A DNA stretch of 24,220 bases, taken from positions 1 through 24,220 of IMG/VR virus record IMGVR_UViG_3300020045_005060. One strand, 5' to 3'. How positions within the stretch are numbered: the first letter of the stretch is position 1; each line of letters opens with the position of its first letter. The DNA comes from a virus. Taxonomy: Duplodnaviria > Caudoviricetes. A model generated the notes under the pieces. It searched no databases. It worked only from the letters and a program-made list of their open reading frames with translations, and was not told where the DNA came from. Position numbers and translations under genes: made by a program. This document shows positions 1 through 8,817 of the stretch, piece by piece.

Positions 1-2
1 GA

Positions 3-548
3 CAACTTTCTCAAAGCATGTTGCAAAATGGAGCATCTGTTTATGATGTATCTGTACTGTACACTACTAATTCTCTTCGTCAAATGCAGAAGATATTTAA
101 AGATCTGAAAGAAAAGCAGGAAGAGATGGCTCAACAGAATATGCAATTGGAACAATCTAAACTTCAACAGGAGCAAGCTATTGCAGAGGCAGAAAATGAA
201 CAAATAGAAAGGCATCATCAAGATGAAATGCAGATTAAGAAATATGAAATTGATACAAAAGCCACCACTGATATAGCCAAAGCAGAAATATCCACATATT
301 TTCAAGCTCCTTCCACTGATGCAGATGGTAATGGTACTCCTGATATAATGGATATAGCCAATCATTCTTTAAAGATTCAACAAAGTTTAGATAAGGCTAA
401 CACCGAAAAGGCAAAGCTGAGTTTTCAAATCTCTAAACATATGTCAGATGAGAAAGCTAGAGTTGAAGATCAAAAGATCGCAAGAGAAAAACTGAAAATA
501 GATAAAAAGAAGGCTGAAATAGCTGGACGTAAAAAAGCTACAAAATGA
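3..548 (+). CDS. Portal protein, C-terminal part (5'-truncated by window edge)
   Basis: The frame is open from position 3 (QLSQSMLQNGAS...), so ATG 18 is probably internal. Q/E/K-rich coiled-coil tail with a DADGNGTPD loop; lies upstream of the capsid gene as in crAss-like head modules. Assignment by synteny and recalled similarity. Confidence 0.7.
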   Translation, partial: QLSQSMLQNGASVYDVSVLYTTNSLRQMQKIFKDLKEKQEEMAQQNMQLEQSKLQQEQAIAEAENEQIERHHQDEMQIKKYEIDTKATTDIAKAEISTYFQAPSTDADGNGTPDIMDIANHSLKIQQSLDKANTEKAKLSFQISKHMSDEKARVEDQKIAREKLKIDKKKAEIAGRKKATK

Positions 549-1036
549 CAGTAAATATATCAGGGAAAGTGGAGTTTGAAATGCTAAGTGATTTATTAAA
601 AGCATTTAACTCCACTCCCAAGGAAGAAACTTTACATATCTATTTCTGTTCTCCTGATGGAGGAGATACAGATGTAGCTGAAGCTATAATAAACTTTATT
701 AATAAAAATAAAGATAGAATAGAAATTACTTTCTATGGAGCAAACTATTCTTCCGGGATGGTAATATTTCTTAAAACTCAATGTGTAAAGTATATTCTCC
801 CTGATACGAGAGGTATGTATCATTTTTGTTATCAACAATTAGATATATCAGAAGGAGGCCATCCCTCTTCTGCTCATGGTAAATTTTCTATTCAGGAAAT
901 GAAAAATGCTAAAACCATCACTATTAATTATTTAAAGACTCTTTCTTTAACTAAAAAGGAAATGAGAGATATAAGTAACGGAAAAGATGTCTATTTTTCT
1001 TATTCTAGAATGAAAGATTTAATTAATGCTATATAG
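545..1036 (+). CDS. ClpP-like (S14/crotonase-fold) serine protease, possible head maturation protease
   Basis: IYFCSPDGG resembles ClpP YINSPGG; NYSSG matches the catalytic Ser motif (AASMG); GMYH matches the catalytic His (MIH); GKDVYFS matches the catalytic Asp region (RDxYxS). ATGA overlap with the portal stop. Confidence 0.75.
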   Translation: MTVNISGKVEFEMLSDLLKAFNSTPKEETLHIYFCSPDGGDTDVAEAIINFINKNKDRIEITFYGANYSSGMVIFLKTQCVKYILPDTRGMYHFCYQQLDISEGGHPSSAHGKFSIQEMKNAKTITINYLKTLSLTKKEMRDISNGKDVYFSYSRMKDLINAI

Positions 1037-1067
1037 GCCAACAACTTGTCTATATATACGAAATAGT

Positions 1068-1099
1068 GTTGGTAATTCCAAATTAACAACATAATTTTA
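1068..1099 (+). promoter_or_regulatory. Candidate Bacteroidota-type promoter upstream of the scaffold/capsid genes
   Basis: GTTG (1068-1071), 20 nt, TAATTTTA (1092-1099): one mismatch in each box versus TTTG-N19-21-TAnnTTTG, with the same spacing as the promoters at 12609 and 13029. Confidence 0.4.
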
Positions 1100-1117
1100 T
1101 ACTAATAATTTAACTAC

Positions 1118-2272
1118 ATGGCTGAAACAACAATAGAAGTACCTTCTTTTAACCTAGGTATTTCAGGAAGTGCTGATTATGGTAATATCCAAGATGCAGA
1201 GGATTTTTTATCAGGGGCATCTGTCGATACAGATACTACAAAATTAGAACCTGTTAAAAAGGAAACTAAAACTGTTCCTGTAAAAGAAGAAACTCCCCTT
1301 GAACCAGCTCCTGATCCCTTAAAAGATTTATTAGGTGATGAAGAAGAGGAAGAGGAGAACGAAGAAGATGCGCCTTCTAAAGAAAAAGAGGAAAAGGAAG
1401 ACGGAAATCAATTTTCTGTTCTCTCTAAAGAACTTTATAAAGCAGGCGTATTTACTACTGAAGAAGGGGAAGAACCTACTGAAGCAGAAACTGCTGAAGA
1501 TTTTCTTGCTCTATTTAATCATGAAAAGCAGAAAGGTGCTTCTCTTTGGTTAGAAAATTATTTAGGTAGATTTGGAGATGATAGAAAAGAGTTGTTTGAT
1601 GCCATATTTGTTAATGGAGTAGATCCAAAAGAATATATTCCAATATATAACGATATTGAAAATTTAGATACATTGGATCTAGAATCCGAATCTAATCAGG
1701 AATTACTTCTTAGACAATATTATAAAGATTTAAATTGGCCTGAAGATAAAATTAATAGGACAATTGAAAAACTTAAGTCTTATGCAGACTTAGAAGATGA
1801 AGCTAAAAGTATTCATCCTTTATTAGTGGAAAAGAAAAAAGAAACTCTTGCCACTATGAGATCTCAAAAAGAAGCTGAAAATGCTAGAAAAGAAGCTCAG
1901 GATGTAGAATATAAAAATTCAATTTCAAAGATCCTTCAGGAAAAAGCAAAAGAAAAAAACTTTGATGGTATTCCCTTAACAGAGGAAAAAGCTAGAAAAG
2001 CCTTCAATGCTCTTTATGAAAAGAAATGGAAAACACAATCAGGGGAATTACTTACAGATTTTGATGTAATGATTCTGGAAAGTAAAAAGCCTGAAAATAT
2101 AGGACAAAGAATTAAAATGATGCTGTTAGCTCAAGATAATTTTGATTTGTCAAAAATAGAAAAGAAAGCCGTGTCAAAAGAAAGTAATCAATTATTTTCT
2201 GGACTAGCTCAAAAAAGTGCTAAAAAATCCAATATACAGTCAGCAGTAAAAAGTAGCTGGCAAAACCTATAA
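1118..2272 (+). CDS. Acidic, coiled-coil, scaffold-like protein immediately upstream of the major capsid gene
   Basis: 384-aa ORF with a very acidic N-terminal half (DEEEEEENEED), a helical E/K-rich C-terminal half, and a position between portal and MCP. Scaffold role is inferred. Confidence 0.55.
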   Translation: MAETTIEVPSFNLGISGSADYGNIQDAEDFLSGASVDTDTTKLEPVKKETKTVPVKEETPLEPAPDPLKDLLGDEEEEEENEEDAPSKEKEEKEDGNQFSVLSKELYKAGVFTTEEGEEPTEAETAEDFLALFNHEKQKGASLWLENYLGRFGDDRKELFDAIFVNGVDPKEYIPIYNDIENLDTLDLESESNQELLLRQYYKDLNWPEDKINRTIEKLKSYADLEDEAKSIHPLLVEKKKETLATMRSQKEAENARKEAQDVEYKNSISKILQEKAKEKNFDGIPLTEEKARKAFNALYEKKWKTQSGELLTDFDVMILESKKPENIGQRIKMMLLAQDNFDLSKIEKKAVSKESNQLFSGLAQKSAKKSNIQSAVKSSWQNL

Positions 2273-2289
2273 AATAAAAACATCTTAAA

Positions 2290-3840
2290 ATGGCTTTACA
2301 AACAATACCGGGTCTAACTGGTCTTCAATATGCAAGGGTTTCATCTATGGACGCTCGTGCTGTTGGTAAATTAACTGATAGTAATCACTTGGAAAGTTTC
2401 CATAATGATGCCCCACAGGATTATGATAAAAAGATTATTTCTATCTATACTCAGACTTCATTAGTTGCTAATGATTTCTTGGCTATGATTAATAAATCTA
2501 CTCCATATCTGTTGGATGGTGTTTCTGATACATGGAAATGGCAGATTGAAAAACCTTACCAGTTTCCTAAGATTATACACATTCCAGCCACTACTACTTC
2601 TCAATCCAATATTGGTATTGATGGTAAAGTGTTTGAAGTTGTTTTAGATACTATTGTTTCTAAAAATGGTGTAATTTCTGTAGGACATCGTATGTATGGT
2701 CCTCAGTTTATTATTGTTTCTGACCCTACTCAGTATGGTAGAGGTTGGTTACATATATGTCAGTTACGTACAGCTAATCCACTTACTGATTTTGTTGATC
2801 CACAATTCCTTCAAGAAGGTATGGATGTAAAATTAATTGATCATGTATTGGGTGAGTTTGATCAGGATTTACAGGGTCTTCCTAAAATGGCTGATAAAAT
2901 CACCATGTTTGAAAGTTTAGGTTCCGGTTATGGTTTTGAACACAAAATCACTACTTGGGCTGATGATAAGATGCTGAAAGATTCTAAGGGTCAACCATTA
3001 GATATTATGGTTTATATGGATGCAAGACGTAATGGTCAGGCAGTCACTAAACAAAGTGTTAAATGGGAACCATTTGTAGAGTTTTGGATGCGTAAATCTA
3101 TGATGGAGATGAAGGTAGATCGTATGATCTGGAACAAACCGGGTGTCTCTCGTAGCAATGGTGCTAAACAAGAACTTCGTAAAACTTCTGCTGGTATTTA
3201 TTACAGGATGCGTAATTCTGGTAATTACTTAGGATATAATCGTGGTGAGTTGTCTGGTAACTTATTCCGTACAGCATTTGGTGATTTGTTCTACAGGCGT
3301 GTGGATGTTTCTCAACGTCATGTGAAAATGTACACCAATGAAGCTGGTATGGATGCATGGCAGCAGATGATTAAAGAAGATGCTTTTGAATCTGGACTTA
3401 CATTTAATGTTGGTGACAACGATAAGTTTGTTCAGGGATCTGGTCAGAATCTTGTTTATAACTTTGCATTCTCTGCAATGGTTACTAGGGAAACTGGTAA
3501 GATGGAAGTAATTCATCTGAAAGAATTGGATTTACCACAAACTAACTTAGAGTTTGGTCAGAATAAGAAATCTACACCTGTATTTATGGTGTTTGATATT
3601 TCTCCATCAGGAGATGGTAGCTTGCAGAACAACATTCGTGAAGTTCGTAGAGCTGGTACACCAAATATGCAATGGGGTTATATTGATGGTCGTAGATCTC
3701 ACTTAGGTGCTATGGCTTCTCAGGGCCACTCAGCTTCTTCTAAGTTTCCCGGATATGAAATCTTTATGGAAGATAGGAGTGATGTTTTCATCGAAGATAT
3801 GTCTCGTACTTTCTTAATAGAAGAAATTCCTTTTTACTAA
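2290..3840 (+). CDS. Major capsid protein (crAss-like, HK97 fold)
   Basis: 516 aa, strongly biased codon usage (CGT/GGT-rich) typical of high expression, crAss-like MCP features (LTDSNHL near the N-terminus, VKMYTNEAG, VIHLKELD), followed by a terminator-like hairpin. Confidence 0.85.
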   Translation: MALQTIPGLTGLQYARVSSMDARAVGKLTDSNHLESFHNDAPQDYDKKIISIYTQTSLVANDFLAMINKSTPYLLDGVSDTWKWQIEKPYQFPKIIHIPATTTSQSNIGIDGKVFEVVLDTIVSKNGVISVGHRMYGPQFIIVSDPTQYGRGWLHICQLRTANPLTDFVDPQFLQEGMDVKLIDHVLGEFDQDLQGLPKMADKITMFESLGSGYGFEHKITTWADDKMLKDSKGQPLDIMVYMDARRNGQAVTKQSVKWEPFVEFWMRKSMMEMKVDRMIWNKPGVSRSNGAKQELRKTSAGIYYRMRNSGNYLGYNRGELSGNLFRTAFGDLFYRRVDVSQRHVKMYTNEAGMDAWQQMIKEDAFESGLTFNVGDNDKFVQGSGQNLVYNFAFSAMVTRETGKMEVIHLKELDLPQTNLEFGQNKKSTPVFMVFDISPSGDGSLQNNIREVRRAGTPNMQWGYIDGRRSHLGAMASQGHSASSKFPGYEIFMEDRSDVFIEDMSRTFLIEEIPFY

Positions 3841-3848
3841 AACCTACC

Positions 3849-3901
3849 GGGAGTGAGGATTCCAATATCCTTCCTTTGTTTTCTCACTCCCAAATTTTTT
3901 T
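3849..3901 (+). terminator. Terminator-like hairpin after MCP
   Basis: GGGAGTGAG (3849-3857) pairs with CTCACTCCC (3883-3891), followed by AAA and a T7 run. The loop is unusually large. Confidence 0.6.
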
Positions 3902-4006
3902 AAGCAACCTCAACGGAATCGGACTGTTGTTTGCTAAAATTAGAATAGCATCTAGGATGTGGAGATTCGATTCTCACTATTCACTAAACACAACTACATA
4001 TTTTAC

Positions 4007-4993
4007 ATGGGAAAGATAGGAAAAGTAGCTCCAATTAAGAAAACTTATGGAGATGATATAAGCACTATAGACCAACAGCTTGCTAAAAATGGATTCAATA
4101 GATTCCCCGGCACAACAGAAACATTGCTTCCTTACAAGGAACGATCTGGACGTTACAGAACAGGGCTAGATGTTGATGCTCCTTATTTATTTTCAGAGAA
4201 AATGTCTAAAGAAGATAGAGAAGCTGAAATTAAAAGAATTACAGCAGATAAAGAGCGTCTTGAAAAGGTATTAGGTGTTCCGGGTATATTAGATAGTAAC
4301 TCTCTCTTTTATAACTTTGGTGCAAATAAATCTGCTTTAATTGCTAAGTTTGGGGCTGAACTTCAAATCACTCCTGTTAAACTAGGAGACTCTGATGAGA
4401 TATTCCATTTTGATAATGTCATGGCTGAAATTGCATGGAATTGGTTGAAAGTACATCCTAGAGTTGCCCCCTCTTTAGAAGCCTATAATAATGGGACTGT
4501 CTCAAGAGATGTAAAATATCATATTGTAGATGATGAAGCGGAAACTAGAAATACTTATAGTAAGAAAAGAGAAATCAATAAAGCCATTGTAGCTTTTGAA
4601 GAGCTCACCCCTACTAAAAAGAAACAAATAGGTCGTCTTATGGGACTTCCTGTTACAGAAGAAACTACTGAAGAAACAGTTTATAACTTGATTGACACTG
4701 AACTTAAAAATACAGAGTTTAAATCAGGAAAAAATAAAGGAAATTCTCCAATACGTTTGTTCAATGAATTGTTAGTAATGACTGATGATAGGCTTAGAGT
4801 TAAGGATTTAATTGAACAAGCTCTAATGCATAACATTTACAGAGAAGTACAAGGAGGCAAGATAGTTGAAGGTACGCTTACAATTGCATCTACCACTTCT
4901 GACCTTGTAGAATATTTGTTGGATGATAAAAATCAAATTGATTTAATTACTTTAGAGAATAAATTAAAGGCTAAGAAAATAGAAAAATCATGA
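4007..4993 (+). CDS. Conserved crAss-like protein directly after MCP (gene-75-like)
   Basis: The ORF track start at 3959 lies in structured non-coding sequence; the in-frame ATG at 4007 (MGKIGKVAPIKK) has an A/C-rich leader. YRTGLD and WLKVHP motifs; syntenic position. Confidence 0.65.
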   Translation: MGKIGKVAPIKKTYGDDISTIDQQLAKNGFNRFPGTTETLLPYKERSGRYRTGLDVDAPYLFSEKMSKEDREAEIKRITADKERLEKVLGVPGILDSNSLFYNFGANKSALIAKFGAELQITPVKLGDSDEIFHFDNVMAEIAWNWLKVHPRVAPSLEAYNNGTVSRDVKYHIVDDEAETRNTYSKKREINKAIVAFEELTPTKKKQIGRLMGLPVTEETTEETVYNLIDTELKNTEFKSGKNKGNSPIRLFNELLVMTDDRLRVKDLIEQALMHNIYREVQGGKIVEGTLTIASTTSDLVEYLLDDKNQIDLITLENKLKAKKIEKS

Positions 4994-5715
4994 TCAGTGT
5001 AGATACCATTCTGTATGAGATTGATTTTAGATTGAATAAGCTGGCTACTAATGAACATCAACAAATTCCAATAGAAAATAAATTGATTGCAGCAAATAAT
5101 GCTCAAATTCAATTAATTCTAAATAAAATCAGCCCTAACAATATTTATAAAATAGGGTTGGATGGGTTTAAGAAAAGGTATCAGGATTTACAAAGTCTTA
5201 TAGAAAATCCAGAGGATCATAAAACAATCCCTGTTCTTAAAGACAAACATTTAAATAAGTATATATCTTATACGAAGGATCTTTCTGATTACATGTTTTA
5301 TATTGATAGCTATGCTATTGCTGATAAAGACAGTTGTAAAAACAGAGTACTTTATTCAAATGCTGACCTTGTAAAACATGCAGATATAACACTTCTCTTA
5401 AAAGATTCTAATTTCAAACCATCTTTTGAGTATCAGGAAACGATAGTGGATATATCAGAGAATGAGATTCATATATATAGTGACGGAACATTTGCGCCAA
5501 AAGAATTATATGTCTCCTACCTTAGATACCCACAAAAGATTAGATATAAAGATGTAGAAGATTTTGATGGAGTACCTACTGAGAATCAGGATTGTGAATT
5601 AGAGGCTTACTTGAAAAACGAATTATTAGATATTATAGTTGAAAAACTAGCAATGTATACAGAAAACACTCCAGCTATTCAGGCTACGGAGCTTAGAAAA
5701 CAAACAAACGAATAA
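4990..5715 (+). CDS. Tail/head-tail ring protein (gene-74-like)
   Basis: 241 aa with YVSYLRYPQKI and DCELEAYLKNELLDIIV C-terminal motifs typical of crAss-like ring/adaptor proteins; ATGA overlap with the upstream gene. Confidence 0.6.
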   Translation: MISVDTILYEIDFRLNKLATNEHQQIPIENKLIAANNAQIQLILNKISPNNIYKIGLDGFKKRYQDLQSLIENPEDHKTIPVLKDKHLNKYISYTKDLSDYMFYIDSYAIADKDSCKNRVLYSNADLVKHADITLLLKDSNFKPSFEYQETIVDISENEIHIYSDGTFAPKELYVSYLRYPQKIRYKDVEDFDGVPTENQDCELEAYLKNELLDIIVEKLAMYTENTPAIQATELRKQTNE

Positions 5716-5726
5716 AAATAATAAAA

Positions 5727-6827
5727 ATGAGTGAATATTCTCTTACTAGTGTGTTCGTAGTTCCAGTGGGTAATACTTTACCTACTACTGGTGGTACACA
5801 AAATCTTACTGCTGGACAGTTTGGGGTTTTTAAAGATGAAGCACGTACTATTGCCACCAACGGTAATATTGCCACTGCTGCTTTTATACAATTTTTTCAA
5901 GGTAGAGAAGCATCAATTGGTGCTGTATTAGGAAGCAAACCTTCTGATAAAATTAAATCTACTAAACTTAAAAAGTGGTATAAAATTGTAGGAAGTGGTA
6001 CTGCTGCCGTTCAAATCACTACTGTAGGAGATTTTACTGCTGGTTGTGGTGAAGATCTTAGCCTGACAATTAGAGCTCATTCAAGTTATTTGGATATGCT
6101 CTCCTTCAACGGTTTGACACGTTCAATTACAGTGAAAACTCCATGTTGTGCTTGTGGTGAAGATCCTTGTACAGTTGTAGATAATGAGGCTTTGGTTGAT
6201 TTGATTATAGCTAAACTGGCTGAACAGAACGTTCAGGTAGGTACTGAAGTGTTAAATATTAATACATTCTTCACATTTGCTAAAACTGGAACTGGGGATA
6301 CTGCTGTAGTTACCATCACTGGTAAACCTCTTACTGTTTATTCTCAACCTGCTGATATTTCTGCAAACCCTTACGAGTTTGATAGGATGTGGTTTAGAGT
6401 ATTTGTTAGTAAAGGCCCTGCTACTTCAGTTGACTTTGATGTTGCTGATAGCTGCGAAAGTGCTGCTACTGTTACTATCACTCAACGTAGTTCTTATCCT
6501 GTTCTTACTTCTCGTGAAGTTAAGCAAATGGAGTTTGACTATTATTCTTATCAGAGTTCATTCAAGCATTTATTTACCAATCCCGGATATAATCAATATT
6601 TTGAAAGCTTCGTAACTGATGGCACTGTATATGATCAATATACAATTGAATACGGAGAATTGAATCAAGATAATGCGTGGACTGCTAATCAGGAACAGGA
6701 TGAAAAAGTAATTTTATTTTTCCCTACTACTGCTGGTGCAACTGTAGAAACTATGTTAACTACTTATCTTGGTGCTCCTGAAGTTAAAACTGCTGGAACT
6801 ATCGTAACTTCTCCTTTACTACCTTAA
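5727..6827 (+). CDS. Abundant structural protein, probable auxiliary capsid protein (gene-73-like)
   Basis: 366 aa, T/A/G/V-rich, high-expression codon bias, third gene after MCP, followed by a strong terminator; contains TPCCACGEDPC. Confidence 0.6.
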   Translation: MSEYSLTSVFVVPVGNTLPTTGGTQNLTAGQFGVFKDEARTIATNGNIATAAFIQFFQGREASIGAVLGSKPSDKIKSTKLKKWYKIVGSGTAAVQITTVGDFTAGCGEDLSLTIRAHSSYLDMLSFNGLTRSITVKTPCCACGEDPCTVVDNEALVDLIIAKLAEQNVQVGTEVLNINTFFTFAKTGTGDTAVVTITGKPLTVYSQPADISANPYEFDRMWFRVFVSKGPATSVDFDVADSCESAATVTITQRSSYPVLTSREVKQMEFDYYSYQSSFKHLFTNPGYNQYFESFVTDGTVYDQYTIEYGELNQDNAWTANQEQDEKVILFFPTTAGATVETMLTTYLGAPEVKTAGTIVTSPLLP

Positions 6828-6847
6828 TTAATTCCCTTAAAACTTAC

Positions 6848-6890
6848 ACCCAAAGGACAGGATAACATTTCCTTATCCTTTGGGTTTTTT
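6848..6890 (+). terminator. Rho-independent terminator
   Basis: ACCCAAAGGA (6848-6857) pairs perfectly with TCCTTTGGGT (6876-6885), followed by a T tract. Confidence 0.75.
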
Positions 6891-6895
6891 ATTTT

Positions 6896-7393
6896 ATGGC
6901 ACTAGAACAAATTACATTAAATAAAATAAGTCAACTTCACCCTAAACTTAGGCAAGAAGTCACTACTTTATTAGAAAGGGCAGAATCCATTATTGATCCT
7001 GATTATAAAATAAGAGTTGTACAAGGACTTAGAACTATAGAGGAGCAAGATGCTCTTTATGCTCAAGGTCGTACTAAGCCCGGATCAATTGTAACTAAAG
7101 CCAAAGGGGGTAGCTCCTACCATAACTACGGATTAGCCATTGATCTTTGTTGGTTAATAAAGCAAGCTGATGGATCTTATAAGTATGAAGAAAAAAGATC
7201 TTGGATATTTGGCCCACAATATCAAAAAATTGTAAAAATATTTAAAGAGGCTGGATATACTTGGGGAGGTGATTTTAAACAAATTTCTGACAAACCACAT
7301 TTTGAAAAAAACTTTGATGTGAATTGGAAATCTTTATACAAAAAATATCAAAATAAAGATTTTATCCCTAATACTACTTATGTTAATATATGA
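6896..7393 (+). CDS. Endolysin, peptidase M15 (L-Ala-D-Glu endopeptidase-like)
   Basis: GLRTIEEQDALYAQGRT, SYHNYGLAID (SxHxxGxAxD zinc motif), WGGDF and DKPHFE motifs. Confidence 0.92.
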   Translation: MALEQITLNKISQLHPKLRQEVTTLLERAESIIDPDYKIRVVQGLRTIEEQDALYAQGRTKPGSIVTKAKGGSSYHNYGLAIDLCWLIKQADGSYKYEEKRSWIFGPQYQKIVKIFKEAGYTWGGDFKQISDKPHFEKNFDVNWKSLYKKYQNKDFIPNTTYVNI

Positions 7394-7893
7394 TCAGAAT
7401 TTGTGTAACTTGTAAAATAGGTAAAGAAGCTAATGAGGATAATTTTTATAAAGATAAAAATAGACCATTAGGTTTAATGTATAGATGTAAAGAATGTGAT
7501 AAAAAACGTATAGATAAAAGAATTTGGAAAGAAAGAGTCTTTACTGAAGAACAAAAAAATAGTAAAAAACTAGCTAATAAAAAATATGCTAGAACAAATA
7601 AAGGAAAATCTATTTCTATTCTTAAAGCTTATGAAAATCACGACAAAATACATAATAGAATAACAGATTTAAAATCTGAAGATATTTTAAATATTTTAAA
7701 CACTCCTTGTACTTATTGCGGATTTCCATCGACTGGATTTGATAGAATTAATAATTCTTTAGGACATACTAAAGAAAATGTTGTACCATGCTGTAAGGAA
7801 TGTAATGTAGCTCGAATGGATAATTTTTCTCATAAAGAAATGTTTATACTAGGTAAGACAATAAGAGAAGTTAAATTAAATAGAAATTTATAA
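7390..7893 (+). CDS. HNH-superfamily endonuclease (free-standing homing endonuclease-like)
   Basis: N-terminal CxxC...RCKEC zinc motif; C-terminal CTYCG...GFDRINNSLGHTKENVVPCCKECN. Very A-rich; overlaps both neighbours. Confidence 0.8.
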   Translation: MIRICVTCKIGKEANEDNFYKDKNRPLGLMYRCKECDKKRIDKRIWKERVFTEEQKNSKKLANKKYARTNKGKSISILKAYENHDKIHNRITDLKSEDILNILNTPCTYCGFPSTGFDRINNSLGHTKENVVPCCKECNVARMDNFSHKEMFILGKTIREVKLNRNL

Positions 7894-8426
7894 TGGATTT
7901 AAAATTAGACTTAGTAGTACTCGATACTCATAGCTTAAAAAGCTTGGCAATTATGGATACTTCTGTCTATCCTGTTAATTTTAATAAAGTTAATCCTTCC
8001 TTAGAAATAACTGTTCCGGGGTTTAATTCTGTTACATTAGAGTTCACTCCTTCTTCTTTACAACTATATAAGTCTACAAATTTAGGAATTGCTTGTGAAT
8101 GGTGTGATGAAGTTGATCTTCCTGATGGAATATGGAAATTTAAATATACATTATATCCTGCCACAACATATTTTATAGAAAGGAATTTTGTTAGAGTGGA
8201 TAGACTTCAAGAGAAATTTGATGAAGCTTTCATGAGTTTAGACATTACAGAATGCGATGAAAAAGTAAAAGCTTCCGATAAAGCCTATTTATCCATCATA
8301 GAAGATTATATTCAAGGAGCTATAGCTGCTGGAAATAAATGTATGCATAAAAGATTTCACACATATTACGGGAAAGCATCAGAAATGCTAAATAAATTTA
8401 TAAATAACAAATCATGCAAATCATAA
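7893..8426 (+). CDS. Putative virion structural protein
   Basis: 177 aa with LEITVPGF and LPDGIWKFKY beta-rich motifs of the kind seen in crAss-like tail genes; TAATG coupling. Confidence 0.5.
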   Translation: MDLKLDLVVLDTHSLKSLAIMDTSVYPVNFNKVNPSLEITVPGFNSVTLEFTPSSLQLYKSTNLGIACEWCDEVDLPDGIWKFKYTLYPATTYFIERNFVRVDRLQEKFDEAFMSLDITECDEKVKASDKAYLSIIEDYIQGAIAAGNKCMHKRFHTYYGKASEMLNKFINNKSCKS

Positions 8427-8524
8427 AAAGAATCTATAATTGCGTTGCTACAGCTTGTAAAAATTGTGGAACTAAAACTCCAGCATGTAAATTGATTAAT
8501 GGCCTTTGTTCTAAATGTAGATAA
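8414..8524 (+). CDS. 36-aa Cys-rich microprotein (not in ORF track)
   Basis: Translates as MQIIKRIYNCVATACKNCGTKTPACKLINGLCSKCR*. It fills the gap exactly, overlaps the upstream gene and ends in a TAATG overlap with ATG 8524; two CxxC pairs. Confidence 0.7.
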   Translation: MQIIKRIYNCVATACKNCGTKTPACKLINGLCSKCR

Positions 8525-8817
8525 TGCATACACTCCTTGTTAAATGTGATAATTGTGAAGATTTAAAAACACTTCTTCAAAAAATAGAATGTACTATTAT
8601 TTTTATGATGCACAAGAAACATTCTATGCTTATTTATAATCTGGGAGGAATATTTGATGAAGAAAGATTGAAAAATCTATTTCGTTATAAACGTATTCTT
8701 TCCAAAAAAATATATTCTCCTACATATGCTAGGATAAAAACTTCTTCTTTAATAGCAAGGATTAATGAAATTGCTTTTAAGGATGAAGATTGTTCACTTT
8801 GTACAACTTGTAAATAA
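8524..8817 (+). CDS. Hypothetical protein with terminal CxxC motifs
   Basis: 97 aa, CDNC at the N-terminus and CSLCTTC at the C-terminus; abuts the next gene. Confidence 0.6.
   Translation: MHTLLVKCDNCEDLKTLLQKIECTIIFMMHKKHSMLIYNLGGIFDEERLKNLFRYKRILSKKIYSPTYARIKTSSLIARINEIAFKDEDCSLCTTCK

Noticed and set aside
3943-3984. A genuine tRNA gene
   Set aside because: Only about 40 nt, with no anticodon arm and a non-canonical T-arm; kept only as a tRNA-like finding.
3959-4006. ORF-track start at 3959
   Set aside because: It is not an ATG and falls within a structured non-coding element; ATG 4007 has a better initiation context.
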